In this document: one piece after another, positions 1 through 11,500 of the stretch
How the letters are laid out: each line of letters begins with the position of its first letter
How positions within the stretch are numbered: position 1 is the stretch's first letter
Assembly: GCA_026936335.1 (NCBI GenBank)
Contig: JAPMXV010000059.1
Coordinates: 1-64,000 of the forward strand
DNA from: Mantamonas sphyraenae STR306
Lineage: Eukaryota; Protista; CRuMs
Reading direction: 5' to 3'
Length of the DNA stretch: 64,000 bases
Program-made: the position numbers and the translations under genes
Notes under the pieces: model-generated
Seen by the model: only the letters and a program-made list of their open reading frames with translations
What the model was told of the DNA's origin: nothing
The model's database searches: none

Positions 1-165
1 CCTAACCCTAACCCTAACCCTAACCCTAACCCTAACCCTAACCCTAACCCTAACCCTAACCCTAACCCTAACCCTAACCCTAACCCTAATTCTAACCCTA
101 ACCCTAACCCTAACCCTAATCCTAATTCTAACCCTAACCCTAATCCTAACCCTAACCCTAACCCT
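1..165. repeat. Telomeric repeat tract (CCCTAA)n, i.e. TTAGGG on the minus strand, with variant units (TTCTAA, TCCTAA) proximally
   Basis: Perfect CCCTAA tandem array from base 1. Variants appear from ~90 and the array ends abruptly at ~165. Confidence 0.98.
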
Positions 166-444
166 GCGTTAACTCATGGGAATGTATTCAGCATCGGAGT
201 GATGAGTCCGGTCTATGATATCTGAGTTGTGCTTGTGTCCGATGGCAGGTCGCTGAGTTGGGTGGTGACATGGGGCAGTGGGCTCTGGGTGGGAGTGGAA
301 ATGTCGCTGGTGAGTGGGCGTCGTCCTGCAACGCCGCGCAGTCAGCACTGCCCATCCGCCTTCAACCAAAATATCACCAACACCCACAACACCTCCCACC
401 AGTCCAACACAATCCGCATACACTCCAGTACCACCACCACCACC

Positions 445-3400
445 ATGGACAACGACTACGCAAGCACTCCGAAGCAGCAACACACACCCAACATCTACCC
501 AGGGTGCGTTCTGCCTTTAACTCCGTTTTGTGACTGCCCGCTTCTCCCGCTTGCTTGCCTCCTCCATGCCTCCGTCGCTTCCCTGCACTCCTCCCCTGCA
601 TCTCCACTTCCCCATCACCCCCGTGGCTGCATTCTCCGCTCTTTTCCGATCCCCTCTCCCCTGTCACTGCCCTCCCCTTTGCCAGTTTTCCGGTCTGCCA
701 ATCTCCTTCGTTTTCCCCTCTCTGCTCGTTCCAGCCTCCCTTCACCCCGCTTCTCCCCTGACGGCGTCCATCCCGCCTTCCGCTCACCGTTCCCACCCCG
801 CCCTTCCTCTCCCGTCTCCCCACAGCTATGCGTACATGGTCCCTCCCATGGCTGCCCAGCCATTTCCGAACATGCTGCCCGTTTCTGGCGTACAAATCCC
901 GTACCAGCACCCACAACCACCCATCATCTGGGTCCCTGTCAACACCCACTCTCAGCAGCACCACGCATATGCTCATCGGGGCCACCCATACTACGTCTAC
1001 CCTCCTCCGCCGCCTCCTCAGGCGCGACAAACCGCCCAGATGCACTTCGCTCAGCCTCCGTCGCACCCTCCGCCTGCTCAGCCCACCAAAAACCACAACC
1101 GCGTCCCCAAACGCGTCAGCCCTGCCTTTGTCGGCATCACACGCACCACATCCACCACCACATCGTCGTCCTCCTCCCACCAGGCCACAAGGCAGACTGG
1201 AGACAGCGACGACGACGACGCAGACCAGGACACACACACACAAGACATCGGTGACGTGGAGGACCTGATGTTTCTGAACTTTGGTCACCATGAACCATGG
1301 TCAATCTCCAGCACAACAGAGTGGATGACCAGCTTAGGGATGGAGGCGTACGAAGAAAACGGCGAGGCAAACGACGCAACCCAGCAGCACGTGGACGACG
1401 AGTTGGATACTCAGGGTGCACTCTTCATTGCAGAAACTGGTGATGCCATGGATGAGGAGTACATGCCGCATGATGACAGCGACGACGACGCAGACGACAT
1501 GGAACAGGAGGACGCGGACGAATGGCAGCCGAGACACACACGAAGAGGTCACAAACGGCGTCGAGGAAGCCACACCAGCCGTCCTATTGATCCACAAAAG
1601 ATGAAAGACAACGGACAGCACAGGCGCAGGGTCACGGCTGGCAGTGGCACAGAGACAGGAACGTCGAGCACACGGGCAATGAGGGACAGGAACGGAGACA
1701 CGGGCACACGGAAGAAAGCAGGCGTGAACAAGACGAACAAGTTGCCAGATGGTGTTGTGCGCAAAGGGTGGTCGCGGGACTGGCGCAGTGACGAGCGCAG
1801 CTACAGCAACATGAAGGAGCACACGGCACTGCTGAACCACATGCACACCCTGGCCAATGAGCATCCTATCGACGACATCCCAGACCTCATGACCATACAG
1901 GCGCGTGTTGTGGTCTGTCATGGCACGCTGAACACGCTCGTCCAACAGATTCTGCTCGCTCTGGGCAACATTCCCCTCCCCCAGGGTGACATGGCCTTCT
2001 GCCTCACCCTTCTCGGCCGTGACATTGATCAACAGGAATGCAGCCATGCCATCCTCCACGCTGGTCTGGCCATGGGTGTGACAAAGGCTGGGTTGAAGGT
2101 TTGCTGGCTGGAGGAGCCACACGACCACGGCGACCCCAACTACGCCCTCCTCCACTTGCTCATGACAGAGATGGACACCCTCGGCGACAGGCCCCATCCC
2201 ACCACCTGGAAGCAGCACGAGCAGACCCAGCTGTGGCTACAGAAAGCACGACGCCCTGCTGACAACGAAAGCGACCCACACTGGACACAAGGCGACTACG
2301 ACCACCACCTCACCACCAACAAGGTGTACAAGTGGCATCCAGAGCCTGTGCGCAGTGGCTGGAGCACCAACCGGCACAACGACGAGCGTGGCAGCTGCAC
2401 GGCGCGGGAGTTCCTGACGCTGCTGGCACACATGAAGACACGCGCAGCCAAGTTCCCTCACCACCAGCACGCACACGAGAACCAGACACTGCGTGAGCTG
2501 ATCAACAACGGTGACCTGCTGTCCCTGCTGCGACACATCATCCTGGCGCTGGGCAACGTTGGCGTGCCGCCTGTCGACCTGGCCTTCTTTGTTCGCCTTC
2601 TCAGGCCACGCCTCACCTACAAGCAGGTCTGCCCTGCCATCAGCGCCACCCTCACTCGCGGTGTCACCTCCCTCTCACTCAAGATCGCCTGGCTCGACAA
2701 CCCCAAACCCAGCGACGCCACACTGCACACCCTCCTCCTCACCCTCATCGACCGCATCACACCCCACATCACCACACGCCCCACCACCACCGACGCCGTC
2801 AACGCCCTTTGCATTCCCAAGCTTCTTCTTCCTGAGCCAACAGAGGAGGAGTTGGTGGTCATGGAGGATGGGCTGCCAGATGGAGTTTTGCGCAGTGGTT
2901 GGACGCACTGGCGCAAGAGCGAGCGCATGCACAGCAACAAGAAGGAGCACACGGCACTGCTGAACCACATGCACACCCTGGCCAACCAGCATCCCATCGA
3001 CGACATCCCAGACCTCATGACCCTCCAGGCGCGTGTTGTGGTCTGCCATGGCAGCCTGTTGGCGCTGGTCCGACAGATTCAGCTCGCTCTGGGCAACATT
3101 CCCCTCTCCCAGGGCGACATGGCACTCTGCCTCACCCTTCTCGGTCGTAAAGTTGATCAACATGCGTGTATCCTTGTCATCAACGGCGCTGGTTTGGCCA
3201 GGGGTGTGACAAAGGCCGGGTTGAAGGTGTGCTGGCTGGAGGAGCCACACGACCACGGCGACCCCAACTACGCCCTCCTCCACCTCATCATGACAGAAAT
3301 GGACACCCTCGGCGACAGGCCCCACCCCAACACCTGGAAGAAGCACGAGCAGACCCAGCTGTGGCTGCAGAAAGCACGACGCCCTGCTGACAACAACAGC

Positions 3401-4019
3401 GACCCACACTGGACCCAATGCGACTACGACCACCACCTTCCCACCACCGAGATGGACAAGTGGCATCCTGAGTCTGTGCGCAGTGGCTGGAACAGTGGCC
3501 CTACCAGCGACGAGCGTGGCAGCTGCACGGCGCGGGAGTTCCAGACGCTGCTGGCGCACATGAAGACACGCGCAGCCAAGCACCCTCGCCATCAACACAC
3601 AAACGAGCACCAGGCACTGCGTGAGCTGATCAACAACGGCAGTCTGCAGTCCCTGCTGCGACACATCATCCTTGCGCTGGGCAACGTTGGCGTGCCGCCT
3701 GTCGACCTGGCCTTCTTTATCCGCCTCCTCAGGCCCCACGCCACCTACCAACAGGTGCAACAGGCCATCCGCAAAAATCTCACCCGTGGCGTCACCTCCC
3801 TCTCCCTCAAGGTCGCCTGGCTCGACAAACCCAAACCCAGCGACGCCACACTGCACACCCTCCTCCACACCCTCATCGACCGCATCACACCCCACATCGC
3901 CACTCGCCCCACCACCTATGCACTCGTCAACGCCTACCCCATCCCCCCCCTTCACCCTCCCCAAGCGCAAAGCCCCTTCCTCCTCCTCCTCCTCGTCCAA
4001 ACGTCAACGCCTCGAATGA
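445..4019 (+). CDS. Telomere-adjacent hypothetical protein with four copies (A-B-A-B) of an unrecognised ~180-aa domain; probably nuclear
   Basis: Exon 445-503 (MDNDYASTPK..), intron 504-825 (GTGCGT..GCTCAC..CAG), joining the ORF 530 frame at YAYMVPPM. Removing one C from the C8 run at 3943-3950 gives the ending IPPFTLPKRKAPSSSSSSSKRQRLE* (stop 4019), which parallels IPKLLLP in the first repeat and is NLS-like. Confidence 0.75.
1741..3960 (+). repeat. Intragenic tandem duplication, ~1.13-kb unit x2
   Basis: LPDGVVRKGW..(1741) vs LPDGVLRSGW..(~2872), with long identical stretches such as KEHTALLNHMHTLAN and GLKVCWLEEPHDHGDPNYALLHL. Confidence 0.92.
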
Positions 4020-4049
4020 ACCACCCTTTCATTCCCACACCATCTCCAC

Positions 4050-4319
4050 TCACTCTCCCCTCCCCACCCACCCAACCACCCTCTGCATCACCTCATCCGG
4101 CAGTGTCACCCACCCTTCCCACCCTCCCTCTCCTCCCCATTCATCACCAACGCAACCTCCATCGCCTCATCCACCCGTCCTGCCTTCCTCCACCCTGCCT
4201 TCCTCACCATCCCCACCGTTTCCCTCCTCGGCTTCGCACCCCACGCCCGCAACACCTCCACAATCCTCTCATCCTCGCTCAATCCCTCTCTCCAGCACAG
4301 TCTCCTTCCCTCTCCAAAT
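4050..4319 (-). pseudogene. Degenerate C-terminal fragment of an ankyrin protein with an F-box-like tail
   Basis: Minus-strand translation across two frameshifts gives GKETVLERGIERG/DERIVEVLRAWGAKP (ankyrin-like) ... WVTLPDEVMQRVVGWVG. No upstream part of the gene is visible. Confidence 0.4.
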
Positions 4320-5007
4320 GCTCAACACCCCCGTTCCAACCGGCGACCTGAGTCGCGCTGACCAGACCAGCAAACAACCTTCCATGTCCACATACTCTGA
4401 ACTCCGTGACGTCACCCCTCTCGCAGGTGCATCGATCAACGGCCAGGTCGACATCATCCAAAAGCTTGTGGCCAACGGCGCCGACGTGGCCGAAATGATC
4501 AACGACCGCACCGCGCTCATGTGGGCCTCCCTCAACGGCCGGACTGAATCCGTGCTTGCGCTTCTCAACGCCGGCGCCCCTGTCGACCAGGCCTCCCCAT
4601 ATGGGTGGACGGCCCTCATGAGTGCCTCCCAACGCAACAAGGCCTCCACCGTCCGCGCCCTTCTCGACGCTGGCGCCGATCCAAACGCCGTGAAGCAGAA
4701 CGGTGGCACAGCACTCATGTCTGCGTCACGCAAAGGTGCCACTGACGCCGTGAAAGCCCTCCTCGCCGCCGGGGCCGACGTCGATGCCTGTGACGACAAC
4801 GGCACGACGGCCCTGATGCTCGCTTCGCGCTTCTCGCTCCCCGTCACCGTCCGAGCCCTTCTCTCTGCCTCTCCTGACGTCCATGCCCTTGACAACGAGG
4901 ACCACAATGCTCTCCACCTCACCAACTCTCTCCCCATCGTCCACCTCCTCGTCGAGGCCGGCGCGGACGCAAATCATGCGTCCGACGTCCTTCTCTACAG
5001 CCAGTAG
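4318..5007 (+). CDS. Ankyrin repeat protein
   Basis: About 6 ANK repeats (TPLAGASING, TALMWASLNG, GWTALMSAS, GGTALMSAS, GTTALMLAS). The start could be 4384. Confidence 0.88.
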   Translation: MLNTPVPTGDLSRADQTSKQPSMSTYSELRDVTPLAGASINGQVDIIQKLVANGADVAEMINDRTALMWASLNGRTESVLALLNAGAPVDQASPYGWTALMSASQRNKASTVRALLDAGADPNAVKQNGGTALMSASRKGATDAVKALLAAGADVDACDDNGTTALMLASRFSLPVTVRALLSASPDVHALDNEDHNALHLTNSLPIVHLLVEAGADANHASDVLLYSQ

Positions 5008-5020
5008 ACCACTTCATTCT

Positions 5021-8000
5021 TCATTTCCTGCCCTTTGCCGGCGCTGCACCAACTCCCAGCCCACCAAACAGTTCTCCAAACCCAAGCCCGGCCATCAGGG
5101 ACTCCATGTCCTTCTCCACGACGTCATCCTTCCCCTTTCCCTTCCCTTTCTCTTTCTTCTCCTCCTCCTCGCTCCGACCAAACAACCCTGCAAAGCCCAA
5201 GCTTGCGGCCATCGAATCCTCCTTCTCCTTCTCCTTCTCCTCCTTCTCCTTCCCCCCTCCTCCTCCTCGCTCCCACCAAACAACCCACCAAAACCCAAGC
5301 TCGCCGCACTCGCCTCCTCCTCCTTCTCCTTCCCCTTCCCAACCTCCTCCTTCTTCTTCCCATCTCCTTCAAACACATCATCAAACACCGAGCTCACATT
5401 CCCCCACAGCTCTGCAAACAAATCCGTTTCCATCGCCTCATCCAGCTCCTTCTGCGATGCCCGTCGCCTTCCTCCCCTCGCCTCCGCCTCTCTCTCCTCT
5501 GCCTCGCTCTTCACATCCACCTCCTTCAAATCAAACCCCAGCTCCGCCGCCGCCTTTTCCTCCTTTTCCTTCTTCTTCCTCTCCTCCTCCGCCTCCTTTT
5601 CCTTGTCCCCATCCCCGAACCACCCGGCCACCACATCCCCAAGGTTCTCAAACGCCTCCACAATCGCATCTCCCAAATCCTCCTCCTCCTCCTCCTCCTC
5701 CTCTTTCACAGCCTCCTTCTTGGCGTCCCCTCCGAAAAACCCAAAGAACCCTTCCTCCTGCGCCTGGTTGTACCGCCGCAGATACGACAGCGCCTTGCCC
5801 TTCTCCACCACGGCGCGCGGCGGGAACCGCATCCGCTGGTTGTCACCGCAATCAAACGCAAGCAGATCCTCGAAAGCGCCCATCGAGTCTGGCAGCCGCT
5901 CCAGCTGGTTGTTGTTCAAAAAGATTGTCCGCAGGCTCTGCATCGTTCCAAACTCTTGCGGCAACTCACGCAACTGGTTGAACGACACGTTCAGCGACAC
6001 CAGCCGCTCCAGCTTCAGGATGCTTTGCGGCAGCTTTGTCAGCTTGTTGTCAAACGCAGACAGGTCTTCCAGCGCCGTGCACTGCCCAATCTGCATCGGC
6101 AAGTGTGTCAGCCGGTTGCTGTTTGCAGACAGCAGCGTCAGCCCACTGCACTCCTCCAACTCCACCGGCAGCTCCTCCAGCCGGTTTCCGTTCACACTCA
6201 GCTGCTCCAGCGCACGGCACAGGCCCACCCTCCCAGGCAGCGCCTCCAGCTGGTTGTCGTCCACTTCCAGGCACACGAGCTTGCTCAGGTTGCCCACCGC
6301 TTCCGACAGGCTCTGCACACGATTGCGACTCAGCAGCAGCTGCTCCAGGCCTTGCAGCTCAAACACGCACTCCGGCACATGCTCAAACTGGTTGTCGCTC
6401 AGATCCAGCACCGCCAGCGACTGGATGTGGCCCAGCTCCACGGGCAGATCACTCAGGTGGTTGTGATTCAGGTACAGAGTGTGCAGCCGTTGCAGCCGGT
6501 CCACACGCTCGGGCACCGTTCGCAGGCCGTTGTTGTTCAGAAACACCTCTTTTGCGCTCTTCACTCGGCACACCTCCTCCACAATCGCCTCCAGCTCCAG
6601 GTCAGGCCAGTTGCTCACGTCTACCGTCTCTGCTTGGCCTTCGCGGCACTGCTTCACGTACGCCTCCAGCTCCTCAACCATCGCCGCCTGCTGCGCCAGG
6701 TGGTTCACAAACGTCTGCGCTGGGATTCGGCTCATGAACGAGCTTGGCAGCGTCTCAAACGGATTTCCTCCCAGCTTCAGTGCCGCCAGCTCCGTCAGCT
6801 TGCCCAGACTCAACGGCACCCTCTTCAGTTCGTTGTCCTCCAGATTCAGCGCCGTCAGCGTCACCATGTCTCCCATTCGTTCCGGCAGCTCCTGCACCTC
6901 GTTCCGTGCCAGGTCCAGCGTCTGCAGACTGCCCAGCTTCGACACCGTGTAGTGCAGCCGCCGCACACGGTTGTCGCTCATCAGCAGGTGCACCACATTG
7001 CTCTGCTCGCAAAACGTACTCGGGATCTCCGAGATGCTGTTTCCTTGCAGCAACAGCGTGTGCAGCTTCGGCAGCTTCCGGACCACGCTCGGAAACTCTT
7101 CCAGCCGGTTCTCCGCCAAATTCAGCACCTGCAGACTTTCAGCCAGGAAGAACAGATTCTTTGGCAGTGCCGTCAACTCGTTCCGCGGCAGATACAGCTC
7201 TTCCAGATTTGCAAACGCCCCGTTCCTCATCATGCTGTCCAGTTGCTGCACCCGGTTGAATCCCACAGACAGCCGCACAAGCTTGGGCAGCGCATCCGAC
7301 AGCTCGCTCGGCACCTCGCGGATGCTGTTCCCGTCCAAGCGCAGCCTGCGCACACGCTTGCCCACCTTGCGCAGCTCTTCCACAGGCACCTCCGACAGCG
7401 ATTTTTGGCTGAGGTTCACTCCGTCTGCCTTCACCTTCTTTGCCTTCGCCACAACCTGTTCCACAGACGGGCCCCGCACCGGTTCCATCACCACAGGTTC
7501 CCGCTCACGAACTGGCTTCTTGCCCTTCTTCTTCTTCTCCTCCTCCTCCTCCTCAACCGCCGCTTCCACCTCCTTCGCCGTCACCATCATGCTCTGACGC
7601 CGCGTTTCCTTCCTTTGCTCCTGCTTCTCTCGCCGTCTCGCCATCCTCTCTGCCATGTCGTCCGCCTGCGCAGAGTCCTCCCCTCCATCCACCGCCACAT
7701 ACACCCCTTGTTCCTCCTCCTCCTGCTCCCCCTCCTCCTCATCACTTTGCGCCTCCTCTCCTTGCAGCTCTGCATAGATCGACATCCGTGACTTGCGCCT
7801 TTCCTCCGCCTTCTTCTCCCGCCGTGCCAATCTCTCCGCCACCTCCTCCTCCCGCAACTCCTCCTTCGCCACCACCACCTCCTTCGCCACCACCTCCTCC
7901 TTCTCCTCCACCTTCACATTCTCCTCCTCCTCCTCCTCCTCTTCATCATCCTGCGCCTCCTCCCCTGCAGCTCTGCATAGATCGACATCCGAGATTGCCT

Positions 8001-8395
8001 TCGCCTCTCCCTGCGCTCATCCTCCTCGCTCTTCTTCGTCTCCTCCTGCTTGACCTCCTTCACCCCGGTCCTAGCCGCCACCTCTTGCACATCTGCCACC
8101 TTTTTCGCATTTGCCTTCTCCTCCATTGCATTTGCCTTGGCCACCTCCTCCTGCACGACGGCCGTGCTCTTTCGCCGTGCCTCCTTTCGCCGCTCCCGCT
8201 TTTGCTTCCGTCTTGCCATCCTTGCCGCCATGTCGTCATCCTCATCACCCCCGTTTCCTCCCCATTCATTCGCAGGCTTCAAAATGTCAAAGTCTGTGCG
8301 TACGTGCATCACCCATGCCCTTGTCAGCGCTTCCACAAAACCAACGTTGGAAAATTCACCCTCCCTCCGCAAAACCCACCGTCGTTGTGTGACAT
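5021..8395 (-). CDS. Leucine-rich repeat protein with E/K/R-rich N- and C-terminal regions
   Basis: Two blocks of LxxLxLxxNxLxxLP repeats in ORF 5095-7917. Proposed start MSHND (8395), intron 8294-8379 (GTGGGT..GCTGAC..CAG), and apparent single-base frameshifts at ~7962 (G run) and ~5250 (C run), which restore the repeated motifs MSIYAELQGEEAQ and AASLGF(G/A)GLFG. Confidence 0.85.
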
Positions 8396-8562
8396 GCTTG
8401 CCTGCACACGCTGCACCGCACCCCACTCTGTCAGCATCGACCCTTGCATCCTCCCACCTTCCACCTCCCCACCTCTCCTCCCATCTCCCTCTCCACACAC
8501 ACCTTCCCAAAAACTCGTTTGTTGCCCCGCCTTGCGCCATCTCCCCCATCCGAATCGTAAAC

Positions 8563-11500
8563 ATGATGGCGTGCCATATCAGGCACACATTGCTCATTCT
8601 AGGCTGTCTCTTGGCAGCTCTAGTGCTCGGTGATCTCAACTCCGAGTGGAGCGCGGACGATGACTATTCCACGGAAGGTACGTTTCGCAAACCTTCTCCT
8701 TATCCTTAGCCACATTGCATCAAGCTCCGTCCACATGTGTTCTCCCCGTTTCCATTCTGCCACCGTCTCTTGCTCCCTATTGCGCCGGCTGGAGCCGTCC
8801 GGAAAGTCCCTCCGCGCGTTTTTTTTCTCGCCTCCTACAGAATGCTGACCTTATCCCGCTCCGCCCGCGCAGATCTTGACCGTGGTGTCGATGACGACAT
8901 GTTTGAGGAATCTTCATCGACGTACAGCGAATCTGGTGCAGGGTATGTCATTTCAGAATCTCCTGGTGGCATGCAAAACGCGCAAACACAATACGCGTCG
9001 AATCCCTCCGCATCTGTGTATGGCCCAGCCCGGCCCACCGGCCTTGACTACGGCCGTGTGTCGCCTCACCAATCCATGCAAACCACGCACACCGTGCTTG
9101 CGGGCACATCTACGCCCACCCATACAGCTAGCGTCTCCTCCGGCAACGCTGAGCCCTCGAAACGTTCTCTTGCCGATTCCTGGGATGATTGGGGAGACTT
9201 TGGCAACCACGGCAACGACGGTTTGGGCAAACATGGCAATGACGGCAACAATGGTTGGGGGAACCACAACAACAAGAACAACAACAACGGCAAGGCAAAG
9301 GCCAAAGGCCATGGCAACGACGACGGCCTCGGCCTGAATCTCGGCCTCGACCTTCACCTCGACGGCAAGAAGACCAACAAGAAGAAGGGCAACGACAACA
9401 AGCAGGATCCCTGGAAGGCCAACGACGCAGGTGACCAGCACCGCCCTGTGCAGGCTTGCCGCAAGGTCGCAAACCTGCAAACCGTCAAGGGGTCCATTTC
9501 CGACGCCTCCATGGACGAGAGCAACTGCTGGTTGATCTCTCCCGGACGCAGGGACGTGTGCGATGTGCGTGTCGAGGTTGACCGTGTCAAGGTGCCTGAA
9601 AAGTGCCCTGTGCGCTTCTACGACACACGCGACACGCAAAAGCCCATCGACCTCAAGCGCTCCGTCGAAAAGAAGGATGACGAAGGTCCCATGCGTTTCA
9701 AGCTCCACACAAAGTCGCGTGGCCTCCTGCTGCAGTATGTCGCCCCAGACGTCGATGACCTGATCGGCGCCGCCCTCGGAGGCGACCATGACAACTTTGG
9801 CGGCGGCGGCTTTGGCGGCCTGGTTTCCGACGCAAACCGCGTCGACTTTGCGCGCTTTGGCTTTGAGGCCAAGTACGAACTCGTCTTTACAGACACCTGT
9901 GGCGTCTGTGGCGGCGACGACTCGGCCTGCAAGGGCTGCGACGGCAAGGCTGTTGCAAAACCAGGCAAGCCCGCAAAGAAGGATACCTGTGGCGTCTGCG
10001 CAGGTGATGACTCCTCCTGCCGCGGCTGCGATGGCAAGCTCTACCCCAACGGCGGCAAGAAGGTCAAGGATGCCTGTGGCGTCTGCGGCGGCGACAACAG
10101 CGCATGCCGCGGTTGTGACGGCAAGCTCTACCCCAAGGGCGGCAAGCCCGTCAAGGACGCCTGTGGCGTCTGTGGCGGCGACGCCTCGTCTTGTCGCGGC
10201 TGCGACGGCAACCTGTACCCCAACGGCAACAAGGCTGTCGTCGACAAGTGCGGCGTCTGCAAGGGCGACAACTCAGCCTGCAAGGGCTGCGACGGCAAAC
10301 TCTACCCCAACGGCGGCAAGGTTGTACCCGACGCCTGCGGCATCTGCAACGGCGACAACAGCACCTGCAAGGGTTGCGACGGCAAGCTCTACCCCAAGGG
10401 TGGCAAGCCTGTCAAGGACAACTGTGGCGTCTGCGGCGGCGACGACTCGACCTGCCGTGGATGTGACGGCAAGCTCTACCCCAAGCCAGGCACAAAGGTT
10501 GTCAAGGACAAGTGTGGCGTCTGCGGCGGCGACAACAGCGCATGCCGTGGCTGCGACGGCAAGCTCTACGCATCCGGAGACCGCAAGGTCAACGATCGCT
10601 GCGGCGTCTGCGGAGGCGACAACACCGCTTGCCGCGGCTGCGACGGCGTCGTTGTCCCGCCACCAGGCAAGCCCAAGGCAAAGGACGACTGCGGAGTCTG
10701 TGGAGGCGACAACAGCGCCTGCCGCGGCTGCGACGGCAAGCTCTATCCCAACGGCAACAAGACCGTGTACGACAAGTGCGGCGTCTGCGGAGGCGATGAC
10801 TCATCCTGCCTCGGCTGCGACGGCAAGCACTATCCCAAGGGCGATCGCAAGGTCAAGGACAAGTGTGGCGTCTGCGCAGGTGACGACTCGACCTGCCGCG
10901 GCTGCGACGGCAAGATCGTGCCCCCGCCGGGCAAGCCCAAGGCCAAGGACCCATGTGGCGTTTGCGGAGGCGACGGCAAAACCTGTGCCGGTTGCGACGG
11001 CGTGCCAAACTCGGGCAAGACCAAGGACAAGTGCGGCGTCTGTGGAGGCGACAGCAAGAGCTGTGCAGGATGCGACGGCGTGCCAAACTCGGGCAAAAAG
11101 GTCGATGTCTGCGGCGTCTGCGGAGGCGACGGCAAGCACTGCCTCGGCTGCGACGGCAAGCCAAACTCGGGCCACAAGAACGACGCCTGCGGCGTTTGCA
11201 AGGGCGACAACTCCACATGCAAGGGCTGCGACGGCGTGCCCAACTCGGGCAAGAAGCTCGACGGCTGCGGCGTCTGCGGAGGCGACGACTCATCCTGCCG
11301 TGGCTGCGACGGTAAACTCTACCGCCGCAGCCCGTCCACACGACCTCAAGTTGACGGATGCGGCGTGTGCGGAGGCGACAACTCAAAATGCCGCGGTTGC
11401 GACGGAAAACTCTATCCCAAGGGCGGCAAGCCTGTCTATGACAAGTGTGGCGTCTGCAACGGAGACGATTCGTCGTGCAAGGGATGCGACGGCGTACCCA

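Noticed and set aside
199-256. Possible C/D-box snoRNA (GTGATGA...CTGA...CTGA) beside the telomere
   Set aside because: Very short, no convincing terminal stem and no identifiable rRNA guide; likely chance.
445-4019. Telomere-specific retroelement or helicase (TART/Y'/TLH-like)
   Set aside because: No RT, endonuclease, gag knuckle or Walker motifs, and no terminal repeats or poly(A) tail.
5035-7791. Long antisense or alternative-frame ORFs (also 4883-6466, 19908-22178, 9788-11746, the 28118-29113 portion of the GCP6 ORF, and many within the giant gene)
   Set aside because: These are shadows of real genes in GC-rich, codon-biased or repetitive DNA, with no recognisable motifs.
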